The notes: generated by a model from the sequence alone, not told the origin. A stretch of 20,000 bases of DNA from an uncultured virus (IMG/VR IMGVR_UViG_3300046507_000599) (IMGVR_UViG_3300046507_000599); one strand, 5' to 3'; numbered from the stretch's first letter, positions 8,545 through 17,548 are shown. Made by a program: numbers and translations.

Positions 8545-9594
8545 ATGCGCCCCCGCAAGACCGAGCACCAGCACCTTCCCCCTCGGATGTACAAGCGCTC
8601 ACGGAAGCGCAAAAACGGTAGTACATGGACCGCGTATTACTACCGCGACCTGCTCGGCAACGACATCCCTCTGGGCAAGGATCTTGACAAGGCCAGGCTG
8701 AAGTGGGCCGAGCTCGAAGCCAAGGAAAAGCCCCTCGACCTGCGCACCATGAAGGGAATCTTCGACCGGTACATTCGTGATGTGGTGCCAAAGAAAGCAC
8801 CGCGCACGCAGAAGGACAACTTGGCGGAAATCAAGCAGCTTCGGCCGATGTTCGATAGCGCGCCGATCGACTCGATCACGCCAGCAACGATTGCTGGCTA
8901 CCGAGACGCAAGATCGGCGAAGGTCCGGGCGAACCGTGAGATCGCTACCCTCTCCCACATTTTCAACATTGCCCGGGAGTGGGGGCTAACGACGAAGGAA
9001 AACCCCTGCCAAGGTGTGCGCAAGAACAAGGAGACGCCGAGGGACTATTACGCGAATGATGTGGTTTGGGAGGCGGTTTACAAGAAGGCAGCTCAGGAGC
9101 TGAAGGAAGCGATGGACCTAGCCTATCTGACCGGGCAAAGGCCGGCAGATGTGCTGGTTATGCGGAAGGATGATGTTGAAGGCGGATATCTGACTGTTCA
9201 GCAGAACAAGACGCACAAGAAGCTGCGCATTCAGATGACGACCGCCGGAGAGGCGAACAGCCTGGGAGTTTTGATCGCGGCGATCACAGAACGAAACGCC
9301 GCGCACGTTTCGTGTTACCTGATCATCAACCGGAGCGGTAAACGGATGACTGCGACGATGCTGAGGAAGCGATGGGACGCGGCGCGAGAGAAGGCGAAAC
9401 TGGAAGCTCTTGAGCAGGGAGACGAGCTGCTGGCTAAGCGGATCGGTGAATTCCAGTTCCGGGATATTCGGCCGAAAGCGGCGTCGGAAATCAGCGATGT
9501 TGGTGACGCTAGCCTGTTGCTCGGGCACACAAAAGGCGACATTACTGAGCGGGTTTATCGCCGTGTCGGCGCGATCGCCAAACCCTCAAAATAG
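8545..9594 (+). CDS. int: Tyrosine recombinase/phage integrase
   Basis: LTGQRPAD (Arg), QQNKT (Lys), FRDIR, LLGH and RVYRR (Tyr); adjacent to att. Confidence 0.95.
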   Translation: MRPRKTEHQHLPPRMYKRSRKRKNGSTWTAYYYRDLLGNDIPLGKDLDKARLKWAELEAKEKPLDLRTMKGIFDRYIRDVVPKKAPRTQKDNLAEIKQLRPMFDSAPIDSITPATIAGYRDARSAKVRANREIATLSHIFNIAREWGLTTKENPCQGVRKNKETPRDYYANDVVWEAVYKKAAQELKEAMDLAYLTGQRPADVLVMRKDDVEGGYLTVQQNKTHKKLRIQMTTAGEANSLGVLIAAITERNAAHVSCYLIINRSGKRMTATMLRKRWDAAREKAKLEALEQGDELLAKRIGEFQFRDIRPKAASEISDVGDASLLLGHTKGDITERVYRRVGAIAKPSK

Positions 9595-9606
9595 ACAAAA
9601 AAATGC

Positions 9607-9720
9607 GTTCCATAACTCGAAACACGCCCCTTGTAGAATGCGGTCTGTAGAGGTGCTGCTAAACAAAAGTATTGGAACGAAAAAACGTCTGACGCCGCGT
9701 ATTCGGCGGCTTTCCATAGC
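9607..9720. promoter_or_regulatory. Candidate integrase arm-type sites (GTTCCATAAC-like repeats)
   Basis: GTTCCATAAC ~9607, inverted GTTCCAATA ~9670-9678, TTCCATAGC ~9712; all three recur in B at ~19397, ~19460 and ~19497. Confidence 0.45.
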
Positions 9721-9779
9721 GGTCTTGAAAACCGTCGACTGTAACAGGTCCATGAGTTCGAATCCCATCGCCTCCGCCA
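9719..9779 (+). repeat. att site: 3' fragment of tRNA-Ser(UGA), junction of A and B
   Basis: Anticodon arm GCGGT-CTTGAAA-ACCGT, long variable arm, GTTCGAATC T-loop and GCCA end; no 5' acceptor strand or D-arm. Confidence 0.9.
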
Positions 9780-9789
9780 TATTTGGTAC

Positions 9790-9821
9790 CGACAAAGCCC
9801 TGATTATTCAGGGCTTTGTCG
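9790..9821 (+). terminator. Intrinsic terminator-like hairpin after the tRNA 3' end
   Basis: 14-bp perfect stem CGACAAAGCCCTGA / TCAGGGCTTTGTCG with TTAT loop, followed by TTTCT. Confidence 0.8.
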
Positions 9822-9946
9822 TTTCTGGGGTTTGAGGTTTCCACCGCGCTGGTTTAGGCGTTACAAAATTTTCTGCTTTTTCTCCTTTCTCCGGCGTCCT
9901 GCCAAACGCAAAAAATTCTTCACGTAACACGGTGCTACGCTGGGTT

Positions 9947-11382
9947 GGACACGAAGCCGAGGCACTTGCTCGGCCGATTCTAGAAGGACGAATTGGCGAG
10001 GACCTGTTTCCCGTCGTCGGCACCGAAGGTGATCACTGGCATCCCTCGATGGCTGCACAATCCTCGGCGACGCACTGTTCGAACACAAAATGTGGAACGA
10101 GCAGCTCGCCGCCGAGGTTCACGCCGGCAACCTTGATGCGCACTACTACTGGCATCTCGAACAGCAGCTGCTGGTGAGCGGCGCCGAGAAGGTAATCTTC
10201 GTCTGCTCCGACGGTACCGAAGAAAACTTCGTTTCGATGGAATACACGCCGGTGCCGGGCCGGACTGCAACACTCGTAGCAGGCTGGAAACAGTTCCAAG
10301 CCGACCTACTGGACTTCACTCCCGCCGAGGTCGTGCCGGAGGCCGTCGGCAAAACGCCGGAATCATTGCCAGCGCTGCGCATCGAAGTTACCGGCATGGT
10401 AACCGCCAGCAACCTGGAGCAATTCAAAGCTCACTCCCTCGCTGTTTTCGGCTCGATCAACACCGAGCTGCAAACGGATCAGCACTTCGCCGACGCAGAA
10501 AAAGCGCTCAAGTGGTGCGGTGATGTCGAGGAGCGTCTGGAAGCTGCCAAGCAGCACGCGATGAGCCAAACCGAAAGCATCGACGCACTGTTCAAGACGA
10601 TCGATGACATCGCGGCGGAGGCACGGCGCAAGCGCCTAGAGCTGAACAGTTTGGTAAAAGCCCGCAAGCTCAGCATCCGTGAAGACATCGTCATGGATGC
10701 GGCCAAGGCACTGCAGGCCCACATTGACCAGATCAACGCTTCACTGGGCGGCAAAGCGCGTATGCCGGCGGTGCCTGCGGATTTCGCCGGAGCCATCAAA
10801 GGCAAGAAGACGATCAGCAGCTTGCGCGACTCTGCCGACTCCGAACTGGCGCGAGCGAAGATCGCTGCAAGCCAAATCGGCGACAGCATCCGGAGTAACT
10901 TGGCCAGCCTGGACGAACTCGCCGCCGACTACCTTTTCCTCTTCAACGATACGCAGCAATTGGTGATGAAGGCGGACGACGACCTGATCGCGCTGATCAA
11001 GGTGCGTATTTCGGAACACCAGAAGGCGGAGGAGCAGAAAGCCGAAGCGCAGCGTGAACAGATCCGTCAGGAGGAGCTGATGCGAATCGAGGACGAGGCG
11101 AACCCCAACACACCGTTTGAGCCTGCGCCAGTCGCAAGCCCGGCGCCGGTGAGAGCCTCCTCACCGATTCAGCCTGCATCGAAGCCAGCGACCACAACCG
11201 CGGTGCCGGCGAACCTGCAAGCTGAGGTGTTCGATCTGGAAGAGCTGATCAAGGCAGTTGCCTACGGCCAGGCGCCTATCTCGGTACTGACCGTCAGCTG
11301 GGAAACCCTCGACGCACTGGTCGCCGAACAAGGCGCCAAGTTCAGCATGGCGGGCGTGAGGCTGGTCAAGGTGGCCGCATGA
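9947..11382 (+). pseudogene. YqaJ-like phage exonuclease with long helical C-terminal region; 5'-truncated and frameshifted
   Basis: GHEAEALARP...GTEGD (9947-10033) shifts frame at ~10034 into LASLDG...FEHKMW (motifs II/III); no start or N-terminus; the 10090-11382 part is open. Confidence 0.8.
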
Positions 11383-11621
11383 TCAGCCTGAACCTCAACG
11401 CAGTTCGTGAAAAGCAGACTGAGTCGGAACGGATCGCCGCTGCGATGGCTGACTTTTGGGCGCATCCCGGCGGCAGCTTCAAAGAGTTGCCGCCGGCTCG
11501 CATGAAGCCAAGGCCTGCGCGGCGGGACTGGGTAGATCCCGAAACGGTCCTCAAGCGGCGCCCGAAACCGATATCGGCCGCTGACCGCAGGGCTCTGCGC
11601 AAAATGGCGGATGCGATATGA
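11379..11621 (+). CDS. Conserved phage hypothetical protein (homolog of 29-274)
   Basis: ATGA overlaps; shared C-terminal half. Confidence 0.8.
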   Translation: MISLNLNAVREKQTESERIAAAMADFWAHPGGSFKELPPARMKPRPARRDWVDPETVLKRRPKPISAADRRALRKMADAI

Positions 11622-12082
11622 AGTCGAAGCGCAAACCCAACAACGGTTTCGCCCGGGCTGAACGCAGTTGCCGGGCGCTGCTGCGTACCAACCACGTCGC
11701 GGTGGTGAACATCGATCCCAGCGGCAGCCAGATCATGGCGAACTGGAAGAGCTGCCGACAGATCCGCAGTCTAGCGATCGCCAATGCAATCTTCGACTTC
11801 TCCTACCGCTGGACGATCTACATCGGCGCCATGTGTCGCGACGAGCGCGGCGCCGAGTACATCAAGTCGGTGGAGATCTCGCCCGAGGGCATCTTCAAGG
11901 TCGAGCACCTGACCGATGCCATCGAACATTACTACCTGGAGCTGCGCAACAGCGCGAACCCGACCCATCTGATCGCATCAGGTTGGATCGCCATTCCCGA
12001 CGAGATCTCGTTGGATGAAGCCCTGGCCGCAAAGCTGTTCTACGCCGCCGGCGCTTGGCATCAGGTGAAGGTTGCAGCGTGA
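11618..12082 (+). CDS. Conserved phage hypothetical protein (homolog of 271-735)
   Basis: Near-identical 154-aa protein. Confidence 0.88.
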   Translation: MKSKRKPNNGFARAERSCRALLRTNHVAVVNIDPSGSQIMANWKSCRQIRSLAIANAIFDFSYRWTIYIGAMCRDERGAEYIKSVEISPEGIFKVEHLTDAIEHYYLELRNSANPTHLIASGWIAIPDEISLDEALAAKLFYAAGAWHQVKVAA

Positions 12083-12157
12083 GACGTTTTCGCACCCAAC
12101 AACGCAAACGACAGACCTGGCTGGACTTGCCGGCCAGCGGAATTGAAGAGGTAGGCC

Positions 12158-12541
12158 ATGGCCAAGGAAAAGGAACTGACGGAGGAAGCCAAGAAGCAGC
12201 GCAGGAAGCGCGAGAAGGCAGCAGCAAAGGACGCTGCATTGGGCGTCGAGAAGTTTACGGTTGAAGTGGCCGGCGTGTTCAAGCCAGACCTCAAGCGGGT
12301 CATGGCCGCCCACGGTTTCAACAACCAGCAGGAGGTATATCAGAATCTGCTGCGGAACCTGATCGCCGCTGACTTCGAAACCCAGGCAAAGATGCTGAAA
12401 TGTGTCACGACACCTTTTATTGTTACCGAAAAGGGGTTGCGACATCTGAGGGATGCCGGGCTGCGACAACTTGTGAAGAATCCTGGCGAACCGGAGGACG
12501 AAATCTTTGAACAGAACATCAATAGTGAAGCTGACAAATAA
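12158..12541 (+). CDS. Phage hypothetical protein (slot alternative of 811-1125)
   Basis: Same leader and ATGGCCAAG start as 811; basic N-terminus. Confidence 0.78.
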   Translation: MAKEKELTEEAKKQRRKREKAAAKDAALGVEKFTVEVAGVFKPDLKRVMAAHGFNNQQEVYQNLLRNLIAADFETQAKMLKCVTTPFIVTEKGLRHLRDAGLRQLVKNPGEPEDEIFEQNINSEADK

Positions 12542-12564
12542 CAATCCGCGTATTGAACGATCTG

Positions 12565-13509
12565 TTATTCAGCCGCAAATATTATTCCTTCAATCATTTG
12601 GAGCGGTCTATTTAAATCGAGTCGCCAACCACTTAAATTAGGAGCCCGCGATTGAGCTTCATACTTGACCAGGGTTTCCGAGCAAAAGTCAACAGCAGGC
12701 AGCACAGTATCAAAAACGCTATACATTGTTTTTAGTTCTTCGCCCCGCGTTTGAATTTTGCACTCACCAAAAATGCTCAACTTCCCAAAATTGTCGGACG
12801 CTTCTTGAAATTCCTGAAAGACCCATTCCCTTTCACTGCGCAAAGAGCATTTGGCCACTGAGCCGTCCGACAACTTAAATTCCGCCATGTGCAACAAAAG
12901 ACAAAATGAGATGAGAATTTTCGATCTGTAAGCGTTCAGATCATGTTCATTAAATTGTATTTCAGTTTTTCTCAGCACCTCGAATAAATCATTCATAAAC
13001 TCATCTGAACTGAATACTGGCTCAACCTTAATGAACCGCAACAAATAGACTATCAAATCAAGCTTTGCTTGACTAACGCCTTCCTTTATCATGCAGACAT
13101 TTTTTACCTTATCCTCTTTACATATATTATCAACAATAGACCCTAGCTTTTGAGCAGAACATTTCAGCTTATATTTTAAGTCTTCCTCAGAGCATTTTTT
13201 TACCTGATACCTTAGCAGCCTCTTAACATATAAGGGGAAACCTTTAATATCTAGAGATTGGCTACCGTCTGCCAGAAAGTCATTGAAAAATTTGAGACTA
13301 AGATAAAATGAGTCTATTGATTCATTTGTCAAACCGCGATCACGGGTATCTTTGTGAGCGACGAAATCCGCCGCTTCCCTGAACACCTTGTGATCTCCAG
13401 CGTACGCCCTCAATCGCATAAAAAGCATTTCGACATCAAGCTCATCAAAATTGCCGCTGGAAATTTTATCGATAGTTTTCTGAGCTTTGATTCTTTCAAT
13501 TAGTTTCAA
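12565..13509 (-). CDS. Accessory hypothetical protein (~314 aa)
   Basis: Long AT-rich antisense ORF; likely TTG start at 13509 after GGAG (ORF track extends to 13542). Confidence 0.75.
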   Translation of the reverse strand: MKLIERIKAQKTIDKISSGNFDELDVEMLFMRLRAYAGDHKVFREAADFVAHKDTRDRGLTNESIDSFYLSLKFFNDFLADGSQSLDIKGFPLYVKRLLRYQVKKCSEEDLKYKLKCSAQKLGSIVDNICKEDKVKNVCMIKEGVSQAKLDLIVYLLRFIKVEPVFSSDEFMNDLFEVLRKTEIQFNEHDLNAYRSKILISFCLLLHMAEFKLSDGSVAKCSLRSEREWVFQEFQEASDNFGKLSIFGECKIQTRGEELKTMYSVFDTVLPAVDFCSETLVKYEAQSRAPNLSGWRLDLNRPLQMIEGIIFAAE

Positions 13510-13610
13510 GACTAACTCCAGCGTCTTTCTGATACGACACAAATACCCCCCTCCTACGAATCACGCCAGCCAACGGGGATCTTCGTTGCGAATCGAGTAA
13601 TTTTCCGAAT

Positions 13611-14276
13611 TTACGAGCCCTTGGTGTCTTGTCGCTGGAACTTTTTCGAGAGTTTTGGAAACAACAATCCGCTACCAAACCCAAGATCATTTTTTGTATC
13701 AACCCAAGCATGTTCAAGTTCTGCTCTCAGTAAGTCGCGATATTCTTTTATCTTTAGTAGAGGCTTTTCGGTTGGACTTTGGTATGCCACCTTAATTGCG
13801 ATTCGATTGGCGTCACCACCAAATTTTATTATTTTTCTAGAGCGATCATCGTCTCGACTTAGAAGAAGATTAACTCTTGCTCGAAGCTGCGACATCCTAG
13901 AGCATGCTTTGTAGTATTCATCAGAACCTTTGAAGCCCGTCTGCTTCGAGTTCATATTGACAACGTAAGTCATCAAAGATATCAACTCCGCTGCCGCCTC
14001 TCTAAGCTCTGCCATCCAATGATGCCTAAAATTGCTTAAATTGCCCCGAATTTGGTTTTTCTGAACCCCGACCGTTAACCAAGCCACTAAGATTGCAACT
14101 ACTACCCCAGCTCCAGCAGGGATAACGGTTGCCCAATCTGTGTCCGAATCCATATGTACATATATCGGTAATTCTTTCGAACCCACATGAACTTCATTGC
14201 CGACTTGCTTACCCAGCACTTGCCCGTCATATTTGATATCAGCGGCGTTAAGTTCGAATGATTTAGGTAGATCCAT
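13611..14276 (-). CDS. Accessory single-pass membrane protein (~221 aa)
   Basis: AT-rich antisense ORF with hydrophobic WATVIPAGAGVVVAILVAWLTVGV; start uncertain (14276 or 14324). Confidence 0.7.
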   Translation of the reverse strand: MDLPKSFELNAADIKYDGQVLGKQVGNEVHVGSKELPIYVHMDSDTDWATVIPAGAGVVVAILVAWLTVGVQKNQIRGNLSNFRHHWMAELREAAAELISLMTYVVNMNSKQTGFKGSDEYYKACSRMSQLRARVNLLLSRDDDRSRKIIKFGGDANRIAIKVAYQSPTEKPLLKIKEYRDLLRAELEHAWVDTKNDLGFGSGLLFPKLSKKFQRQDTKGS

Positions 14277-14313
14277 ATCGTAATCAGAGTCCAAATTTAA
14301 AAGGATATACCAT

Positions 14314-14418
14314 ATGGCCATCACTTACGGAAGCATCTGCTCCGGCATTGAGGCGGCAACACTTGCATGGAAGCCGCTCGGCATGCGCATGCGCATGCCC
14401 CGTTTCGACGGGATCTGA
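14314..14418 (+). pseudogene. N-terminal stub of a second C5-cytosine methyltransferase
   Basis: AAGGA RBS then MAITYGSICSGIEAATLAWKPLG (motif I of a phage Dcm subfamily); collapses into a (GCATGC)x3 repeat and stops after 34 aa. Confidence 0.7.
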
Positions 14419-14481
14419 ATGGGCCTTCTCCTCCAAGAGAAGACCCAACGTATCAGCCAAATTTTACATCGCTACCGCCGA

Positions 14482-14565
14482 TCATCCTGGCCAAAGCCGG
14501 AGCAATGCAGCAATCAACGCCAAAACTGCGATCAACACGTCAAGCCATTCACATACCTGCGCCAT
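14482..14565 (-). CDS. 27-aa hydrophobic peptide MAQVCEWLDVLIAVLALIAALLRLWPG (type I toxin-like)
   Basis: GAGGTG RBS just upstream of the ATG; single hydrophobic helix; fills an otherwise empty gap. Confidence 0.6.
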   Translation of the reverse strand: MAQVCEWLDVLIAVLALIAALLRLWPG

Positions 14566-14666
14566 CCCACACCTCAATAGTTGTTTGGACTCCTTGCGTA
14601 GGGAGATGGCGAACGCGAACACATAAATTTATTCAACCGTTCGTAAAGGCCCGGAAAGGATCCCGC

Positions 14667-15590
14667 ATGCTCACAACAATTGACTTTTTTTCTGGTTTCG
14701 GCGGTTGGACGCGCGGCGGCAAGGACGCCGGGCTCAATGTCTTATGGGCTGCCAACCACTGGCCTGAGGCTGTTGAGTGGCACACCCGCAACAACCCGGA
14801 GACCATCCACGCTTGTCAGGATTTGCACCAGGCGAACTGGGCCGATGTGCCGAAGCACGACGTTATGCTCGCCTCACCATGCTGCCAAGGGCACACGAAG
14901 GCTCGCGGCAAAGCTGCCAGCAACCCTCAGCACGACAACTCGCGATCGACAACGTGGGCACCGGCGCAAAACGCGGAGGTCAACCGGCCGGAGTTCGCGG
15001 TGATCGAGAACGTACCGGAGTTCATGGACTGGATTCTCTACCCCGCATGGGCTGACGCGATGCAGCGGCTTGGCTACGCACTGGCGCCGCACATCGTGGA
15101 CTGCGCCGACCTCGGCGTGCCGCAGCACCGCGTGCGCTTGTTCATGGTGTGCTCGCGCAGCAAGGCGCCGTTGCACTTGCAACTCCCCGGCTACCGGCAC
15201 GTGCCCGCCCGCGAGATTATCGACTTCGACGCCGGCAAGTGGTCGCCGATCAACAAGCCAGGCCGCGCCGCCTCGACGCTGATCCGGGTGAAGAATGGCA
15301 GCGAGCGCTTTGGCGATCGTTTCGTCATGCCCTACTACGGATCTGGCTCCGGCCTCACCGGCCGCAGTCTAGACCGCCCGATTGGCACCATCACAACGCT
15401 GGATCGCTGGGCGCTGGTTCGCGGCGATGAAATGCGGATGTTGTCGGCAAGCGAGGCGCTCGCAGCAATGTCGTTTCCCAAAGAGACCCTTCGTCCCGAC
15501 AACCACCGACTGACCATGCACATGGCCGGCAACGCTGTGCCGCCGCTAGCTGGGCAGCGGATAATCGAAGCTCTATTCGAAGCAGCATGA
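14667..15590 (+). CDS. DNA (cytosine-5) methyltransferase (homolog of 4055-4978)
   Basis: AAGGA RBS at the ATG 14667; same 307-aa length; DFFSGFGG, SPCCQ, ENV, QHRVR, GNAV. Confidence 0.92.
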   Translation: MLTTIDFFSGFGGWTRGGKDAGLNVLWAANHWPEAVEWHTRNNPETIHACQDLHQANWADVPKHDVMLASPCCQGHTKARGKAASNPQHDNSRSTTWAPAQNAEVNRPEFAVIENVPEFMDWILYPAWADAMQRLGYALAPHIVDCADLGVPQHRVRLFMVCSRSKAPLHLQLPGYRHVPAREIIDFDAGKWSPINKPGRAASTLIRVKNGSERFGDRFVMPYYGSGSGLTGRSLDRPIGTITTLDRWALVRGDEMRMLSASEALAAMSFPKETLRPDNHRLTMHMAGNAVPPLAGQRIIEALFEAA

Positions 15591-15599
15591 CGCAATAAA

Positions 15600-15848
15600 T
15601 TATCGCGTAGATATCAGTTGGTTCCGATTTGCATCAAACGTCGACAAGAGCGGTGCAGGATCGGAAATCCTGTTCATAGCTACCCAGGCTCGAGTGCGCT
15701 CCACATCTAACGACTGCTTTAGCCCGGACATAGAATCGACCAGTGTTCTTGAAATCCGATATCGGCCGCAGTCCACACAATTGCGCTCATGCCAATCGCC
15801 ACCAGACTCGTAGGTTACCGCGGACTCTTTGCAAATTAGGCAAGCCAT
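15600..15848 (-). CDS. Small zinc-ribbon protein (copy of 4988-5236)
   Basis: 3 aa differences from the copy in A. Confidence 0.7.
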   Translation of the reverse strand: MACLICKESAVTYESGGDWHERNCVDCGRYRISRTLVDSMSGLKQSLDVERTRAWVAMNRISDPAPLLSTFDANRNQLISTR

Positions 15849-15952
15849 CTATACCACTCCTTGTAAATGACACTTCAACTGTAGCTGATCCCTCAACAAC
15901 CTCCACCGCCCGAGCATGCCCCGGCATAGGACGCCCCATACCCACAGAAAAG

Positions 15953-16537
15953 ATGAAGGCCTATCACGTTGGTGAAGGCTCCGAAGGTGAGCACATCATC
16001 ACGTTCGCAACCAACAGCGCCACGGCGCGCCGCGAGGGCGGCAATGAACTGAACCTGACCTTCGAAGAGGTGGAATTCTGCCGGCGCGCGCCTTGGGCTG
16101 ACGAGTTTGTCGGTCAGCGGTTCATCCCGGCCAAGGCGTACCACGCCAATGGCTGGTGGCTGTACTGCAACAACTGTGGGACTGAGCTCTACGAGGATGC
16201 CGAAAACGATGACGGCCATCCGCTCACGATCATCTACGACGGCCGGCACGCTTACTGCGATCAGGACTGCAAAGACTCGCGCGACAAGCTGATCGCCGAT
16301 GCGAATGCCAAGGGCGAAGCCTTCAAGGCGAAGGTGCTGGCCGAGCGTCCGGACCTCACTTTCGACAACTTCAAAATCGGCTATCCGTGGATTGTCATGT
16401 CCGCCACGTTCAAATTTCCGGGCTGCCAGTACGGTGGGTCGGTCAACGACCAGGAGGACAGCGGCGATCTGACCTGGTACGTGGCCCAAGGCGACAAGGC
16501 GGCTTGGGACTTCTACCAGCAGGAGCGTGCAGCATGA
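15953..16537 (+). CDS. Phage hypothetical protein with Cys motifs
   Basis: CNNC and CDQDC; ATGA overlap with the next gene; ancestral start at 15938 appears mutated to ATA. Confidence 0.72.
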   Translation: MKAYHVGEGSEGEHIITFATNSATARREGGNELNLTFEEVEFCRRAPWADEFVGQRFIPAKAYHANGWWLYCNNCGTELYEDAENDDGHPLTIIYDGRHAYCDQDCKDSRDKLIADANAKGEAFKAKVLAERPDLTFDNFKIGYPWIVMSATFKFPGCQYGGSVNDQEDSGDLTWYVAQGDKAAWDFYQQERAA

Positions 16538-16857
16538 AGCGCATCTACCTCAGCGGCCCTATGACTGGCCTGCCAGAACTGAACTTCCCCGCGTTCCACG
16601 CGATGACCACCCAGCTCCGCGCCGCCGGCCATGCTGTCACCAACCCGGCTGAGTTGAACCCCGACGGCGGAAGCTGGACCGACTGCATGCGCCGCGACAT
16701 TGCCGCGCTGATGGACTGCGACACCGTGGCGAGGCTTCCTGGCTGGCACACCTCGAAAGGCGCCCAGCTGGAAGTCCTGATCGCCGAACACCTCGGCATG
16801 ACGGTTGTGAATGCCCATGATCTGGTTTCGATGGAGATTGCACGATACGTGACATAA
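16534..16857 (+). CDS. DUF4406 domain protein
   Basis: MKRIYLSGPMTGLPELNFPAF...NPAE...LPGWHTSKGAQLE. Confidence 0.85.
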   Translation: MKRIYLSGPMTGLPELNFPAFHAMTTQLRAAGHAVTNPAELNPDGGSWTDCMRRDIAALMDCDTVARLPGWHTSKGAQLEVLIAEHLGMTVVNAHDLVSMEIARYVT

Positions 16858-16889
16858 AAACGCCGCAAGGATTTAAATCCCTCGCGGCG
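16856..16889 (-). terminator. Intrinsic terminator for the antisense cargo gene
   Basis: Minus strand CGCCGCGAGGGATTTAAATCCTTGCGGCG followed by TTTTT. Confidence 0.65.
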
Positions 16890-16919
16890 CGAGTTGTTGA
16901 TTGCCTATGAATACTTTTG

Positions 16920-17435
16920 TTATGCGGAAAAGTAGTCAATTACTTCGGCAACTGTTTCTTTTGTCAGAACCGACTTATTCGGCCCAGAGCCTTTTTGTGC
17001 GCATTCAAACTTATAACTCGCCAATTTTGCATTTTCCGCCTCTTCAGTTAGGAGACGAAGATCTTCTTCTAAGAGCTGAGTCGCATCACCGCTGCGCACT
17101 AATGACCTCTCGGGCATACCAGTGAAACGTGGAAGAACTCGAACATCGTTCTTCTTGCTGTCAATCAATACGCCAAACCCATGATAGACGCCAATATAGC
17201 GTTCTTCAGCGCTAGGCAAGACGAGTGCTATTTTTAAGTCTTTGTATTGACCCTCTGCACCGGCGGCTGTTTTGGTAACTACGAAATCATTAACCTCTAA
17301 GTAACTCATAAAGTTACTCAGCACTTCTTCATTGATTTGATTTCGAAAACCTTCGTGCAACTCTCCAACCTTCTTAGCAGCAGAGTCCACTTGCTCCCGC
17401 ACTTCAGCCAATTTTTTTGCTTGCTGTAACGACAT
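16920..17435 (-). CDS. Accessory hypothetical protein with coiled-coil N-terminus
   Basis: GGAG RBS before ATG 17435; AT-rich; has its own terminator. Confidence 0.75.
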   Translation of the reverse strand: MSLQQAKKLAEVREQVDSAAKKVGELHEGFRNQINEEVLSNFMSYLEVNDFVVTKTAAGAEGQYKDLKIALVLPSAEERYIGVYHGFGVLIDSKKNDVRVLPRFTGMPERSLVRSGDATQLLEEDLRLLTEEAENAKLASYKFECAQKGSGPNKSVLTKETVAEVIDYFSA

Positions 17436-17548
17436 GCTCTGTTCTCCGTGATGAACGCGCGCCAATCATAATGGCTATCTGATTCTGCACCATTCACCGA
17501 CCCAAACCAACCTACCAGCCTGCCGGTGTACGGCGGGCGAGGATTCGT

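Larger units (their letters stand above)
1..9779 (+). mobile_element. Prophage A, right-end early/integration module (continues left of the window)
   Basis: Co-directional phage early genes with ATGA/GTGA overlaps, methyltransferases, xis-like gene and tyrosine integrase, ending in a tRNA-Ser 3' fragment. Confidence 0.9.

Noticed and set aside
9719..9779. Functional tRNA-Ser genes (also 19505-19565)
   Set aside because: Only the anticodon arm to CCA is present; upstream DNA cannot form the acceptor 5' strand or D-arm, so these are att fragments
9586..9844. Short ORFs across the att regions (also 19332-19755)
   Set aside because: They overlap the tRNA fragment and terminator and show no RBS or protein-like features
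14367..14666. 100-aa N-terminal extension of the B methyltransferase
   Set aside because: ATG 14667 has an RBS and gives the same 307-aa length as A; the extension crosses the MTase stub and the antisense peptide
15743..15952. N-terminal extensions in the ORF track (15743, 6619, 16387, 17842)
   Set aside because: They overlap better-supported genes or leaders, and RBS-supported or coupled internal starts exist
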